DNA from: Octopus vulgaris
Taxonomy: Eukaryota
NCBI GenBank assembly: GCA_951406725.2
Contig: OX597816.1
Span: 64,170,001 to 64,234,000, forward strand
Length of the DNA: 64,000 nt
Reading direction: 5' to 3'
Part shown: positions 1 to 11,432 of the stretch, piece after piece
How the letters are laid out: every line of letters starts with the position of its first letter
Numbering within the stretch: position 1 is the stretch's first letter
Position numbers and translations under genes: made by a program
Notes under the pieces: model-generated
The model's database searches: none
Seen by the model: only the letters and a program-made list of their open reading frames with translations
Told to the model about the DNA's origin: nothing

Positions 1-220
1 ATGTTTGCGTGTCTGTATTTTTCCCTTCCCCCAACATCGCTCGACAACCGATGCTGGTGTGTTTACGTCCCCGTAACTTAGCGGTTCGGCAAAAGAGAAC
101 GATAGAATAAGTACTAGGCTTACAAAAGAATAAGTCCTGGGGTCAATTTGGTCGACTAAAGGAGGTGCTCCAGCATGGCCACAGTTAAATGACTTAAAGA
201 AGGAAAATAATAAAAGAATA
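1..220 (+). mobile_element. SINE family A, 3' half (tRNA-derived SINE with internal microsatellite)
   Basis: Matches the 3' part of the full copy at 48854-49296 (caacatcgct..gtaacttagcggttcggcaaaagag..ccagcatggcc..aaatgact). Confidence 0.8.
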
Positions 221-1150
221 ATATATATATATATATGTGAGTGTGTGTGTGTGTGTGTATGTGTGCATACACGCCTATATAAAAAGATACATAAATACAT
301 ATATACGTACATCCATACCAATATAGATAGATAGATAGATAGAGAGAAAATGATAGACAAATCGTTTGAATGATAGATTCCTACATACTCACATACATGG
401 ATACAGAGATACATACATACATGCATGCATACATACAATTGTACGTACACAGTAAAGGCATGAGTCATTCAGTTACAGCTAGTATATTTTTTACACACGC
501 ATAAAACACGCGTGGTTGAAGAGAACCATAGCCATTATGGGTAATATGAACACCCAACAACAACCAATCTAATTTATAGTGAATATATAGTTCAATACTA
601 TATCTCTGCCACCCGCATATCTTTCCATAAATATTTCATATGATATCACACATGATATATTTTACTGAGTGATATCAAATGCCAACATTCCGTCGGTTTT
701 ATGACTCAACACTGCCGCTTTTAATTCTGATTCTATTCAAAATGCACATACAATCATAAGATACTAACCATTGCGCAAAATGGTATCTTTTGATTTTTCG
801 ATAATATATTAATCATTTACAAGTAGACTTTTAGATCTAAGTCAGCGATAATTACTAATAATTAGTACTGATAATTTTCGACTGACCATCAAGTGACCGG
901 TTCAGAAATATAACAGAGAAGTTCAGTAATGGGTTCTATATGAGTGGCTTGTGTTCCACCTCTCTATACTGATAATTTGAGATCAGCATCTTCTCCACCT
1001 TTCTCTTTATGAAGTTGACGAGAGCTTCATAAAAATACACAGAGACCTGTCCTTCAGCCTTTCAAGTTTACATCTCTACTCAATAGCTTCCATTAAGAGA
1101 AATATTGAAGTTATGACTAAGAGTATGCATACATATGAGTGTGTGTATGT

Positions 1151-1188
<38 letters not shown>

Positions 1189-1284
1189 TGAGAGAGGAAC
1201 GGGATAGAAAGACAGAGAGCGGGGGAGATAGATAGATAGATAGATAGATACATGCATACATACACATGTTATATATTTACATAC

Positions 1285-1324
<40 letters not shown>

Positions 1325-1359
1325 TCTGTGTGTGTATACATATGTATATATAAATTGAG

Positions 1360-1450
1360 CCTGGTACAGTCTTCTGGATCACCAGTCCTCAGTCAAACCG
1401 CCCAACGCATGCTAGCAATGAAAGCGGACGTTAAACGTCGATGATGATGA
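1360..1450 (+). mobile_element. 3' tail of an RTE-type LINE/SINE ending in (GAT)n
   Basis: aaaccgcccaacgcatgctagcaatgaaagcggacgttaaacg followed by gatgatgatga, a short tandem-repeat tail of the kind RTE elements end in. Confidence 0.45.
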
Positions 1451-1456
1451 AAATAA

Positions 1457-1487
<31 letters not shown>

Positions 1488-1766
1488 CTTACATACATCT
1501 ATACATAAAGCATACATATATACATACATACGTACGTACATACATTCATACATACATACATACATACATACATACATACATACATACATACATACATACA
1601 TACATACATACATACATGCATACATGCATACATACATACATACATACATGCATATAGATTCAGCCGGTTATTTAAATATCACTTACTATAATCGGACCCA
1701 TCTCTCGAAAACCAACAGTAACTCACTATTAAGATACACACGGGCGATATAATGAACATAGGCGAA

Positions 1767-2457
1767 ACAGGCATGACTGTGTTAAGAAGCTTGCTTCCTA
1801 ATCACATGGTCCCGGGTTCAGTCCCGCTGCGTGGCACCTTCGGCAAATGTCTTCTAATATTGCCTCGGGCTGCGGGGCGACTAAAGCCTTGTGAGTGGAT
1901 TTGGTAAACGGAAACTGGAAGAACACTTTGTATAGATATATATGTATGTATATATATATATATCCCCATTCAGTATATCAGCATTGGGCTTTCGAGCAGC
2001 ACGCTTAAGTTATTCATGCAGAATATGTCCTCTCTCAAAAGTGTCGATCACCACCTTAATCTGCTTCCTCCGTCTGTGACGACGACAGGCATTGCTCTCC
2101 CAGGCAGTCTCCTGCATATCACACGCCTTTGACAAGGACTTGACACGCTCTTTAAGTCGCAGCCTTGGTTTCTGCTGGTGTCTCTTTCCATTCACAGGTT
2201 CCCCATATTGCATCTGCTTAGAGATCCTGCTATCATTCATTCTAATAAAGTGCAGTGAATAGGGAAAGCTTGGTTTGCAATTTTTGCAGTCGTGTATACT
2301 TGTCAAGAGACGGGCTCATTGGCCACCACCGGAGCCGCAAATTCAGAATATAATTTAGTCCTTGCGCGCACAATGTTCCTGAAGGTTAGCAGCGGTGTTC
2401 CTCGGTCACGAGTGGACGGCGATTATACATACATCTGTGTGTGTATGTGTGTGTATG

Positions 2458-2508
<51 letters not shown>

Positions 2509-2720
2509 GTGTGTGTGTGTTTGTATATGTTCCCCCGACATCGCTTGATAATAGAAGCTGGTGTGTTTATGTTCCTGTAACTTAGCGGTTCGGCAAAAGT
2601 GACAAATAGAATAAGCACTAGGCTTACAAAGAACATGACCTGGGGTCGATTACTTCGACTAACACCTATTAAGGAGGAGCTCCAGCGTGGCTTCAGTCAA
2701 ATGACTGAAACAAGTAAACG
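1767..2720 (+). mobile_element. SINE family A copy split by an RTE insertion (5' part ~1767-1925, 3' part ~2500-2720)
   Basis: Head with B-box-like gggttcagtccc and gccttgtgagtggatttggtaaacggaaact. The 3' part resumes after the microsatellite at ~2500. Confidence 0.75.
1963..2430. mobile_element. RTE-clade LINE 3' fragment with an internal 5' inversion
   Basis: Minus 2255-1963 encodes HFIRMNDSRISKQMQYGE..GKRHQQKPRLRLKE..AWESNA..KRAARK (RTE C-terminal region). Plus 2270-2353 encodes LVCNFCSRVYLSRDGLIGHHRS* (terminal zinc-finger-like motif), followed by a 3' UTR. Confidence 0.8.
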
Positions 2721-3413
2721 ATTATATTATATACATTATATATATGTATGTGTGTAAGTGTTCATGTGTATACACGACGAAACTGCGGGTTTGTATGTGT
2801 GTGTATATATATATATGTATATATGCACTTCTTCAATATGCATTAAAATTAAACATGATAATGAAGCACCTAAGGCATCTTGTATTGCTCTTATTTAAGC
2901 TCCCTGCACCCTCCATTCCGAAACCTGATGTTGAGATGCTATATACACAAGTGATTCGACAAAGAAGATTAATCTCTTTCCTTTTCAGGATATCGCCGTG
3001 ACAACCGATGGTGCGGTGTTGTCAGCCTTTTATCAAGATGCACGTTATAAATTTCTAGAGACTTCGTTTCTGCATTTGTAAAATAAACCTTAGCTTCTTC
3101 AGCACGCGTTACCATGATTAGAAACTCCCAACCCATCGCTTCGAAGTCTGTGCTGCAACTGATTCGTTTCGTGCCGAAATCACAACAGCCACCAGTGTAA
3201 AATACAATTTACGAGAATAATAATTCACCAAAAATTAATTTACGAAGGTGTCATTAATTCTATTATGATCCAATGTAACTATTTAAAAAATGATAATAAC
3301 AGAAGAATTTAATAAGAGTTTTGACTGTTATTTCAAGCAGGTAGACATACTTGGTATGTCCTTTGGTTAATTTTAGTCCCTCGGCTATTACATATATATA
3401 TATACATTCAAAA

Positions 3414-3608
3414 TGTGACCACCTGTGTACCGTTGGCGATTTTTTTCCTCCGTCTTCCCTTCTTTGGATCTTTCCTTTTCCTATGTTTCTGACGAAAAGC
3501 TCCGCTCGAAACGTTAGACCCTCCTTCTTTCCTGAGCGTCCAATAATACTATACTTGTTCCACGTCCTCGCGTTGTTGTGTTTTCTCTTTGTGTTTTCAT
3601 GTTTGGAT

Positions 3609-3613
<5 letters not shown>
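3414..3613 (+). mobile_element. ~200-bp non-autonomous hammerhead-carrying element (PLE-derived / retrozyme-like) in a (TA)n tract
   Basis: Near-identical reverse copy at 28955-29163. Both are flanked by TA-rich repeats and contain a hammerhead core. Confidence 0.7.
3485..3519 (+). ncRNA. Minimal type I hammerhead ribozyme
   Basis: gttt-CTGACGA-aaagc tcc gctc-GAAA-cg-TT-agac. Stem I gttt/agac, stem II agc/gct, palindromic CG stem III, GUU site. Confidence 0.65.
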
Positions 3614-3659
<46 letters not shown>

Positions 3660-3787
3660 GATTTAAAGAAAAACGTACTGGTCTCCGTTCCTAAAATGCA
3701 TAAAGGCATTGCTCTTCTATGACTACCATCTAATGACTGAAAGCAGTGAAAGATATGTATACATGTACGTTTACATACACATACAAA

Positions 3788-3830
<43 letters not shown>

Positions 3831-3839
3831 ATATATATA

Positions 3840-4122
3840 CGTGGCTTAGTGGTTAGGCATTCGGCTCATGATCGTAAGGTTGTGAGTTCGATTCGGCGAC
3901 GCGTTGTGTCCTTGAGCAAGACACTTTATTTCACGTTGCTCCAGTCCACTCAGCTGGCAAAAATGAGTTGTACTTGTATTTCAAAGGTCAGCCTTGTCAC
4001 TCTCTGTGTCACGCTGATTATCCCCGAGAACTACGTATATATGCTCAGCCATTTGCATTATTTCGAGCAGCTGTTCCGTTGATCGTATCAGTGGGACCCT
4101 CGTCGTCGTAACCGGCGGAGTC
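3840..4122 (+). mobile_element. tRNA-derived SINE (family C)
   Basis: A box tggcttagtggttagg and B box gagttcgattc, then ttgtgtccttgagcaagacacttt..ccactcagctggcaaaaatgag. Degenerate reverse copies at ~32820-32925 and ~56310-56405. Confidence 0.7.
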
Positions 4123-4847
4123 TTTTTTATATATATATATTTATGTATGTATATATCTATATGTATGTACGTTTGTATCACTTTGAGGATGCACATACGC
4201 TACTTCGTATATTGAGACCTTATTGAGGATTATTTTCATCACCACAACAAAGTCTATCTCTTTATCTATGTATCCGGCAGTCAGCCAGCCTACAAATGGA
4301 GTGTGTAGATATATATGTGTAGGTATGCTTTCCACATTATTTTTAGTTATATATGGTTTATATGCTGCTTTTATAGAAGTGCTGTCGATGCGTATGCATA
4401 TATGCGTCTTTGCATATTCTGTGTATGTTAACGATTGACTACGTTTTTATATTCTGAGATTTTCTTCTTTTTTCGCTTAAGTATATCGACTGGAAGTCGT
4501 AAATTGTAAACTAAGAACCATTAATCTCAGCACAGGACTAACCACCTGGGATGTCATGTTTATGTTGAAAACTAGGTTCGGGAATAATATAGAATGGATT
4601 TTTTTTTAATATCTGTAGAGTGTGTATATGTAAGTATATGTGTGTATATAACTACAAACACGCGCATATGCGTATGTGTACATATATCAACATACGTACA
4701 CATATATATATATATACACTTATACACAGATATATTTGAATGTTTATGAGTCATCTGCCCGATTTTATTGCCTGTATATATGGGTTATTCTATGTACCTA
4801 CGTGTGTGTGTATACATACGTACATATATACAAACATACATATACAA

Positions 4848-4901
<54 letters not shown>

Positions 4902-6920
4902 ATTCAAAAAACACAGTATATATATATATATATACTGTGTGTTTTTTTAATCCTTATTTTTACATAAACACGCATACGTATACACGTAAGCTTATGGAAA
5001 AGATATATGATTGTTTGTGTAAAATATGTATATTTGGGTGCGTTTGCGCCAGTGTGTCTATGTTTGTATGTTCAGATGTTTGTGAGCACATACGTAATAT
5101 ATACTAAATATTACCGAACCTGCTATTTCTTTACCTTTTTTTCTCCTCATTCCTCGTCGTTATTGATTGCTTCTATATGACATCAAGCTTCTTATTAATC
5201 GAATCGTTTCGGTTCCTTTTATTTGTATCATTTTTTTCTTTCTGTATGAACTCCATACATGTGTAAACGGAAATTCACGTATTTATACAATTACCCAATA
5301 TGCATCACTATTTATCATCTTTACTACATTATTACTTGCCTACATATAACACTGCTTCGTATTTATCGAATTATTTCGTCTCCATTTACTTCAGTTCCTC
5401 TCTAATAGGAAACAAGTTGTTATTTTTCATTTTACTTTTTTTTTTAACATTCTCAGCACCTTTTACAATTTTTAGCGCTTTTCTTTATAATTGTTTATTT
5501 TTTCAAAATTTAATTGATTCATTTTACAGTTAAATTGTTATTTAATTTTATGAAAAAAAAAAAAATAATCGAATATTCTCACTTCTTGTCGGGTGTTAGA
5601 AAATCTATCAGAAAATTTATTAGGAAATTGTTATACATATGTGACACATTCTTTTTTCGTTATGCAATATCTCATATACATTATTACATAATAATTTAAG
5701 TATTTCGTTTTGTTTTGTTCACTTACTCCATTTATATTGCAATTCTTGCCAGCACTTTACATTCTCCTTGCTGTCATATTTTTTAAACATTATGAGATAA
5801 TTTACTTTCTATATCCATCATTTAATTTTCCACCCCAGAATATCTATATGAACATATTGGGAAAATAATATTCTTTTAGCGAATCTATCGTTAATACGTA
5901 ATTATTTGTTTTCTAGAGACGTGATTCTAACGCATCGAATAACAAATTCCAGAAAATTATGGAAACTCATCCAGTAACAAGGGGAAAGTGAGATCTTTTG
6001 GTGTCGGTCTATCAATATTTAAGAAAAGTGGGAAATATTTCAAGAACGGCAGGGGAATGGTGGAAGTTAAAAAGTCATTTGTCTTTTACAAGTTAATAAA
6101 ATTTGACAATAAGTTTAGATGTTAGATACTCCAAATGTTTTTATTAGATAAATTGTAAATAAAGATTGTAATAAACCATTAGATTCTTCTAGTGAAGGAG
6201 TACATCAGGTTTTTATTATAGTATAATTTAGTGGGTAAGTTAAGAGTTTAGAGATATAAAGAAGGCGTATTATGCTTCTACACTAGAAAAAGTATTCATT
6301 GCCATACTTTACTGTCCCACCTACGCCAATAGGAGAAAAATACAAAGTAAATTTCGAATATTTCACTAGTATTAGATTGGTGAGAATGACGACCTCGTAG
6401 CAATCAAATGATTACATTAGCACCATTTATGTTTAGTGATCTACAGTACCAACTATGCTACCATTTCATCCTCAAATGATTTGAATTTGGAAGGGATTGG
6501 TAATTGCCGATTTAGATATACTATATTGGTAACTTTCTATATTGACTTCAAATTTTGGCACAAGGCAAGCAAATTTGGCAAAGGGGGTAAGTCGTTTACA
6601 TCAAATCCAGTGTTCAAATGGTACTTATTTTATCGAACCCGGAAGGAAGAAAGATGGCATTTGAGCTCAGAATATAAAGACTAACGAAATGCTGCTAATC
6701 ACTTTACACAGTGTGTAAAAATTTTACTCAATCGCTGACTTAACTATTACTGTAATATCAAAATAAAGTTAGTAATATTGTAAAAATAATATAGCCAAAT
6801 AAATTACAATTCTAATATCATTCTTGCTGACCTCATACATTTTTGTTAAGAGTACTTGCTCTGTGCTATACATCAATCGTTCACATATAATCACACAAAC
6901 TCTATATGCATACATATATA

Positions 6921-7190
6921 CATGGTGGTGGTGTTACACACCATACTAATCATATCTGTCAGGCATGTGGAAGATAGTGTAATTCGGCAGGAGGACTTAA
7001 ACGACATGCAAAGGTACATGAAGCCCTGTTACAACTACAGCCGGCTACTGCCGATAAAGGGTTTAGCTGCCAATTCTGTAGAAGACATTTTAGATCTTTA
7101 GGTGGGCTAAAAAGTCACATTCGATCACAGCACCAATAACAGTTAAGCTTCGTGCAATGGCCATACTCGCTAACAAGGGAGCAGCCAGCA
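6921..7190 (+). mobile_element. LINE (RTE-type) 3' end encoding two C2H2 fingers, with an in-frame stop
   Basis: 6921-7139 reads HICQACGR*CNSAGGLKRHAKVH...FSCQFCRRHFRSLGGLKSHIRSQHQ*. A short 3' UTR then runs into (CATA)n. Confidence 0.6.
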
Positions 7191-7532
7191 TATACATACA
7201 TACATGCATTCATACATGCATAGATAGATAGATAAATAGATAGATAGACAGACAGATAGATGAAATCTTTTATTTGCTTCATTCATAAGACTGTGGACAT
7301 GCTGGGACACCACCAACGTTGAATGCTTTAGTCGAATAAATCGCCCCAGTACCTTTACTATGTCTGGTTCATATTCTATCGTTATCTTTCCCGAACTGCT
7401 ACGTTACGGAGACGTAGACAAACTAACTACAGTTTATATATGTGTGTATGCTTGTATATATACATATATGAGGAAAATAAGACAAGGTAAAAAGTACTAA
7501 ATAATTTTATCCTGAAATATATTTTATAGCTA

Positions 7533-7569
7533 TTAGTACCAGTTTCTGTCTATTCGACTTTTCAACTAA
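7533..7569 (-). ncRNA. Minimal hammerhead ribozyme, U3-A8 core variant (second, more decayed copy on + at 8998-9035)
   Basis: Minus strand reads ttag-TTGAAAA-gtc gaata gac a-GAAA-ctgg-TA-ctaa. Stem I ttag/ctaa, stem II gtc/gac. Confidence 0.5.
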
Positions 7570-7653
7570 GAGTAAAACAAGGATGTATATTAATTAAGAA
7601 GAAAAACAATTAAATTGAAGAAAAAATTGAAGAAATGTTTTCTAAATATTTCC

Positions 7654-7800
7654 AGGCGCAGGATTGGCTATTTGGTAAGAAGCTTGTTTCGCAACCGCAT
7701 GGCACTGCAAGGCATCCTCGACAAGTGTCTTCTACTATACCTTCGAGCCGACCAAAGCCTTGTCAATGGATTTGGTAGACGAAAACTGAAAGAATCCTGT
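7654..7800 (+). mobile_element. SINE family A, 5' part
   Basis: ggcgcaggattggctatttggtaagaagcttg..gaccaaagccttgtcaatggatttggtagacgaaaactgaaagaa. Confidence 0.75.
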
Positions 7801-7802
7801 CC

Positions 7803-7852
<50 letters not shown>

Positions 7853-7869
7853 AGAGAGAGAGAGAGAGA

Positions 7870-8074
7870 GAAAATTCACAAAAAAAAACAAAAGATGAAG
7901 ACAGGTGGTGTAGAAAACAAACAGATGTATTAGTATAACGCTCGGGAATTGAAAAAGTCTTTAGAATTTCGAGCCTACGCTCTTCCACAGAAAGGAACAC
8001 AGAAAGAAACAAGGAGAGAAGAGAAAAACAAGGAAAGAAAAAATGTGTGTAGTGGCTAGCAATCTATCATGGCG
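7870..8074 (-). mobile_element. Short element related to the 3414-3613 family, with a degenerate hammerhead core
   Basis: Minus strand ctttctgtggaagagcgtaggctcgaaattctaaag (~7994-7959) has the same architecture and pyrimidine-rich flanks. It lies in the SINE's internal microsatellite. Confidence 0.5.
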
Positions 8075-8423
8075 ACGTAAGCACACCAACATCGGTTGTC
8101 ATGTGATGGTGGGGATAAACACAGACATATATATATATATATACCTCAACGGTTCGGCAAAACAGTCCGATAGAATAAGCAAAGGGCTTACAAAGGTCAA
8201 TTTGTTCGACTAAAGGCGATGCTTCAGCATGGCTATAATCAAACGACTGAAACAAAGAAAAAAGAAAAGAAAAAATAGTCTTCAAATAGGTGGAACATTT
8301 TCCTTCCTCTCACTCTCTCTGTCTCTCTGTCTCTCTCTCTTTTCCTTTGTGATATCTGGTAAGGTATGTAGTAGCAGATCTGAAAAATCGTCTTAAGCAG
8401 CAGCAGTCGAGATAGGAGAAAGC

Positions 8424-8598
8424 GAAGAAGAAGAAGAAGAAGAAGAAGAATGAGGAGGAGAAGAAGAAGAAGAAGAAGAAGAAGAAGAAGAATGAGGAGA
8501 AGAAGAAGAAGAAGAAGAAGAAGAAGAAGAAGAAGAAGAAGAAGAAGAAGAAGGAGGAGAAGAAGAAGAAGAAGAAGAAGAAGAAGAAGAAGAAGAAA
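8424..8598. repeat. (GAA)n microsatellite with GAG/GAAT interruptions
   Basis: Directly visible tandem GAA tract of ~175 bp. Confidence 0.98.
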
Positions 8599-8638
8599 GT
8601 AATATTACCCAGAGTATCCGTGGAATCTACCTTAATGG

Positions 8639-8960
8639 TCAGGTGGGATGAAAGGGACTTGTCGATGCTATTTTTCTGTATTCACGTATTTTAATCTGGG
8701 ATCTATGTGCAATCATCCTATGGCGTAGACAGCTTTTAGTTTGACCAATATATTGCTCTGGACGCCCTGAGCAAGTTAACACGTATATCAGGTTTTCCGA
8801 AGCATATGTGAAGTTGTTTTTTACTGTAAAATGTTGAACCTTTTTGAAGAAGTGCGATCCCTCAATCAGGTTCACGCATATACCACAGTTAGGTCCTCGC
8901 ATTTTTTTACTGTCGATTGCGAGGTCTGTTCACGAGTGTACTTGGGCTTGTGTTAGAGCA
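8639..8960 (-). pseudogene. Penelope-like GIY-YIG endonuclease fragment with Cys-rich linker (Neptune-like)
   Basis: KKC..PNCGIC...NFTYASENLIYVLTCSGRPEQYIGQTKSCLRHRMIAHRSQI contains the IY...YIGQT...R..H signature. It is frameshifted upstream. Confidence 0.85.
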
Positions 8961-9319
8961 CTTTTCTTCTTAATTAATATCCACATTTGATTTACTCTTA
9001 GTTGAAAAACCCGAAAAGATAGAAACCGGTACTAACCGCTGAAAAGTTTATTTCAGGATAAAATTATTTTAGCATTTTCTACCTTGTCTTATTTTCCTTA
9101 AACATATCAACTCATGCGTGTATTAATTTAATGATTCTTAGTAGAATCATTAAAATCATGGTTTAGTAGAATTTTAGCTTCTATTTTTAGCGAGGAAGGT
9201 GCCTAGTATATATATATATAGACAAATTTATATACTATATATAAGTATTAATTTTGCCTATACGACTTTTACGCTCGCGGCCACTACCGTTCTTATTATT
9301 TTTAGGTCTATTATTCTCT

Positions 9320-9701
9320 GGTAATCCTTCAGAAAGAAGGTGATTAAAAAAGTAAATAAAAATTAAAGGAGAAATAACAACAAGGGGAGATAAATTAGCT
9401 ATAGCAATCAAAACGTGAACTTTTTCTTTTCTTTGGTATAGAATTCCTCCATACAAATTCGTGTAAATACGAAGCGAAAAAATTGTCTGACGTTCCAAAT
9501 TCACGTCGTAGTTTTCCTTTTGCACGCGTCCACATGTTTTCCACATTTTATGTATGGACGTCCTTATTTGTCGGATCTACAAAGTTCTCTTGATGCACAA
9601 ACACTTCGTGAGTGTACATACCGTCCTTTCGACTTTCCTAGTTGTTATTTTCCCTTTAATTTTTATTTAGGTTTTTAATCACCCCATTCTGAAGGATTAC
9701 C
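9320..9701 (-). mobile_element. Merlin (IS1595/ISXO2-like) DNA transposon, internal deletion derivative
   Basis: ~70-bp TIRs start GGTAATCCTTCAGAA (9320-9387 / 9634-9701). Imperfect 9-bp flanking duplication ttattctct/atgttctct. Internal transposase C-terminus. Confidence 0.8.
9390..9630 (-). pseudogene. Merlin/ISXO2-like DDE transposase C-terminal fragment
   Basis: Manual translation gives GMYTHEVFVHQENFVDPTNKDVHT*NVENMWTRAKGKLRREFGTSDNFFASYLHEFVWR, with the family motifs NFVDP..VHT.N.E..W and SYL.EF.WR. Confidence 0.85.
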
Positions 9702-9707
9702 ATGTTC

Positions 9708-9746
<39 letters not shown>

Positions 9747-9928
9747 TATGTAACTTGATACCACCAACATGCTACAGAGGTAAAAGAAGTCAATATAAAA
9801 AAACATTTATTTCCTGCGTTAAACATATGGCGGTGCCCCAGCATGGCCACAGCTCGTAAGCTGAAACTAGATAAAATAAAATTTTAAAAAAAAACTTCCT
9901 GAAAAAAACCTCTAGTAGACACTAACAC

Positions 9929-10125
<197 letters not shown>

Positions 10126-10550
10126 CAGAATAATCTATATATATATATAGGCAGAAGATTCTAAGTATTCATAAACCATATATTTTCGCCTTCACAAGGA
10201 AAATGTTTCGTGATAGCACGACATACTACTAGTAGCTGGTCATCCTCTCTCTCTCTACCTAAAATTTTATCATCTTTAGAAGATGATAATCAAACCAAGT
10301 TGCGTATTGGTTAATGTACTTCTGGATAAGTTTTCTAAAAATAATATAGGGCGACTAAGTTTCAAATGCTTTGATCATAATTCCGTACAGTCAGGTCTGA
10401 CCTGAGGCTAAGTAGCAAAAACTTCACATACTCACCAAACACATACACGTAAGAAAATACACTTACACAGTCATTCACTCTCGCTGCTCTCACAAGTATT
10501 TCTGTCTCCTCATACATAATACACACGCACAAAATAATACACAGATATAT

Positions 10551-10597
<47 letters not shown>

Positions 10598-10600
10598 GAC

Positions 10601-10680
<80 letters not shown>

Positions 10681-11288
10681 CACTATTTCTTCTCACATCG
10701 CACGTAAACTTACACATATTTCTACGCAGATATAATCATACACACATAGAGACACAACATAAGCATATTCTCTCACATAAATCTCTCATACATTCATACA
10801 CTGTTACCACATACACACTGTAACAACTCAGAAGAATTTCTTTACTTTCTCATTATTCTACGCTAAGTTCAATGAGATGCTTTTTGCATACATAACCCCA
10901 AACTGAACACATTAACGTATGCACCTTTATTCCTGTCTGAGAACCCACAGTGTTTTCCACTCTTTTACATTTCACTAACAAATACATGATTAACACTTTA
11001 TGCAGGAAATCGCCTGAAACTGTTAATATCACATGCACTGAACTCACCCTTCAATTATAAAATACTAAAGAAGGGATTACAGATACCTTCTTTAGCTTTA
11101 TAAGATGAAACCTTTCTGATAACAACACTATATTCTGTAAAGTTGAACATTTTCTAGTGCAATGAGTAGCACCATATAGCGCATTATATACATGCATGTA
11201 TGTGTATATGTGTATGCATTATATATACATATTTATGTACATATATATTTATATTTATATATACATACATATATATATATATATATGA

Positions 11289-11326
<38 letters not shown>

Positions 11327-11350
11327 ATGAATGTATCTGCATGTAAGTGC

Positions 11351-11432
<82 letters not shown>

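Larger units (their letters stand above)
7471..9098 (-). mobile_element. 5'-truncated Penelope-like element with an inverted terminal copy, interrupted by younger insertions
   Basis: Diverged inverted arms at 7471-7605 and 8962-9098 bracket a GIY-YIG fragment. Each arm has a hammerhead-like motif. Confidence 0.7.

Noticed and set aside
940-1090. Possible second Tx1-like ORF2 C-terminus on the minus strand (LVNFIKRKVEK)
   Set aside because: The similarity is too short and disrupted to list as a feature.
3840-3900. tRNA gene
   Set aside because: A and B boxes are present but there is no acceptor stem, and the sequence continues into a SINE body.
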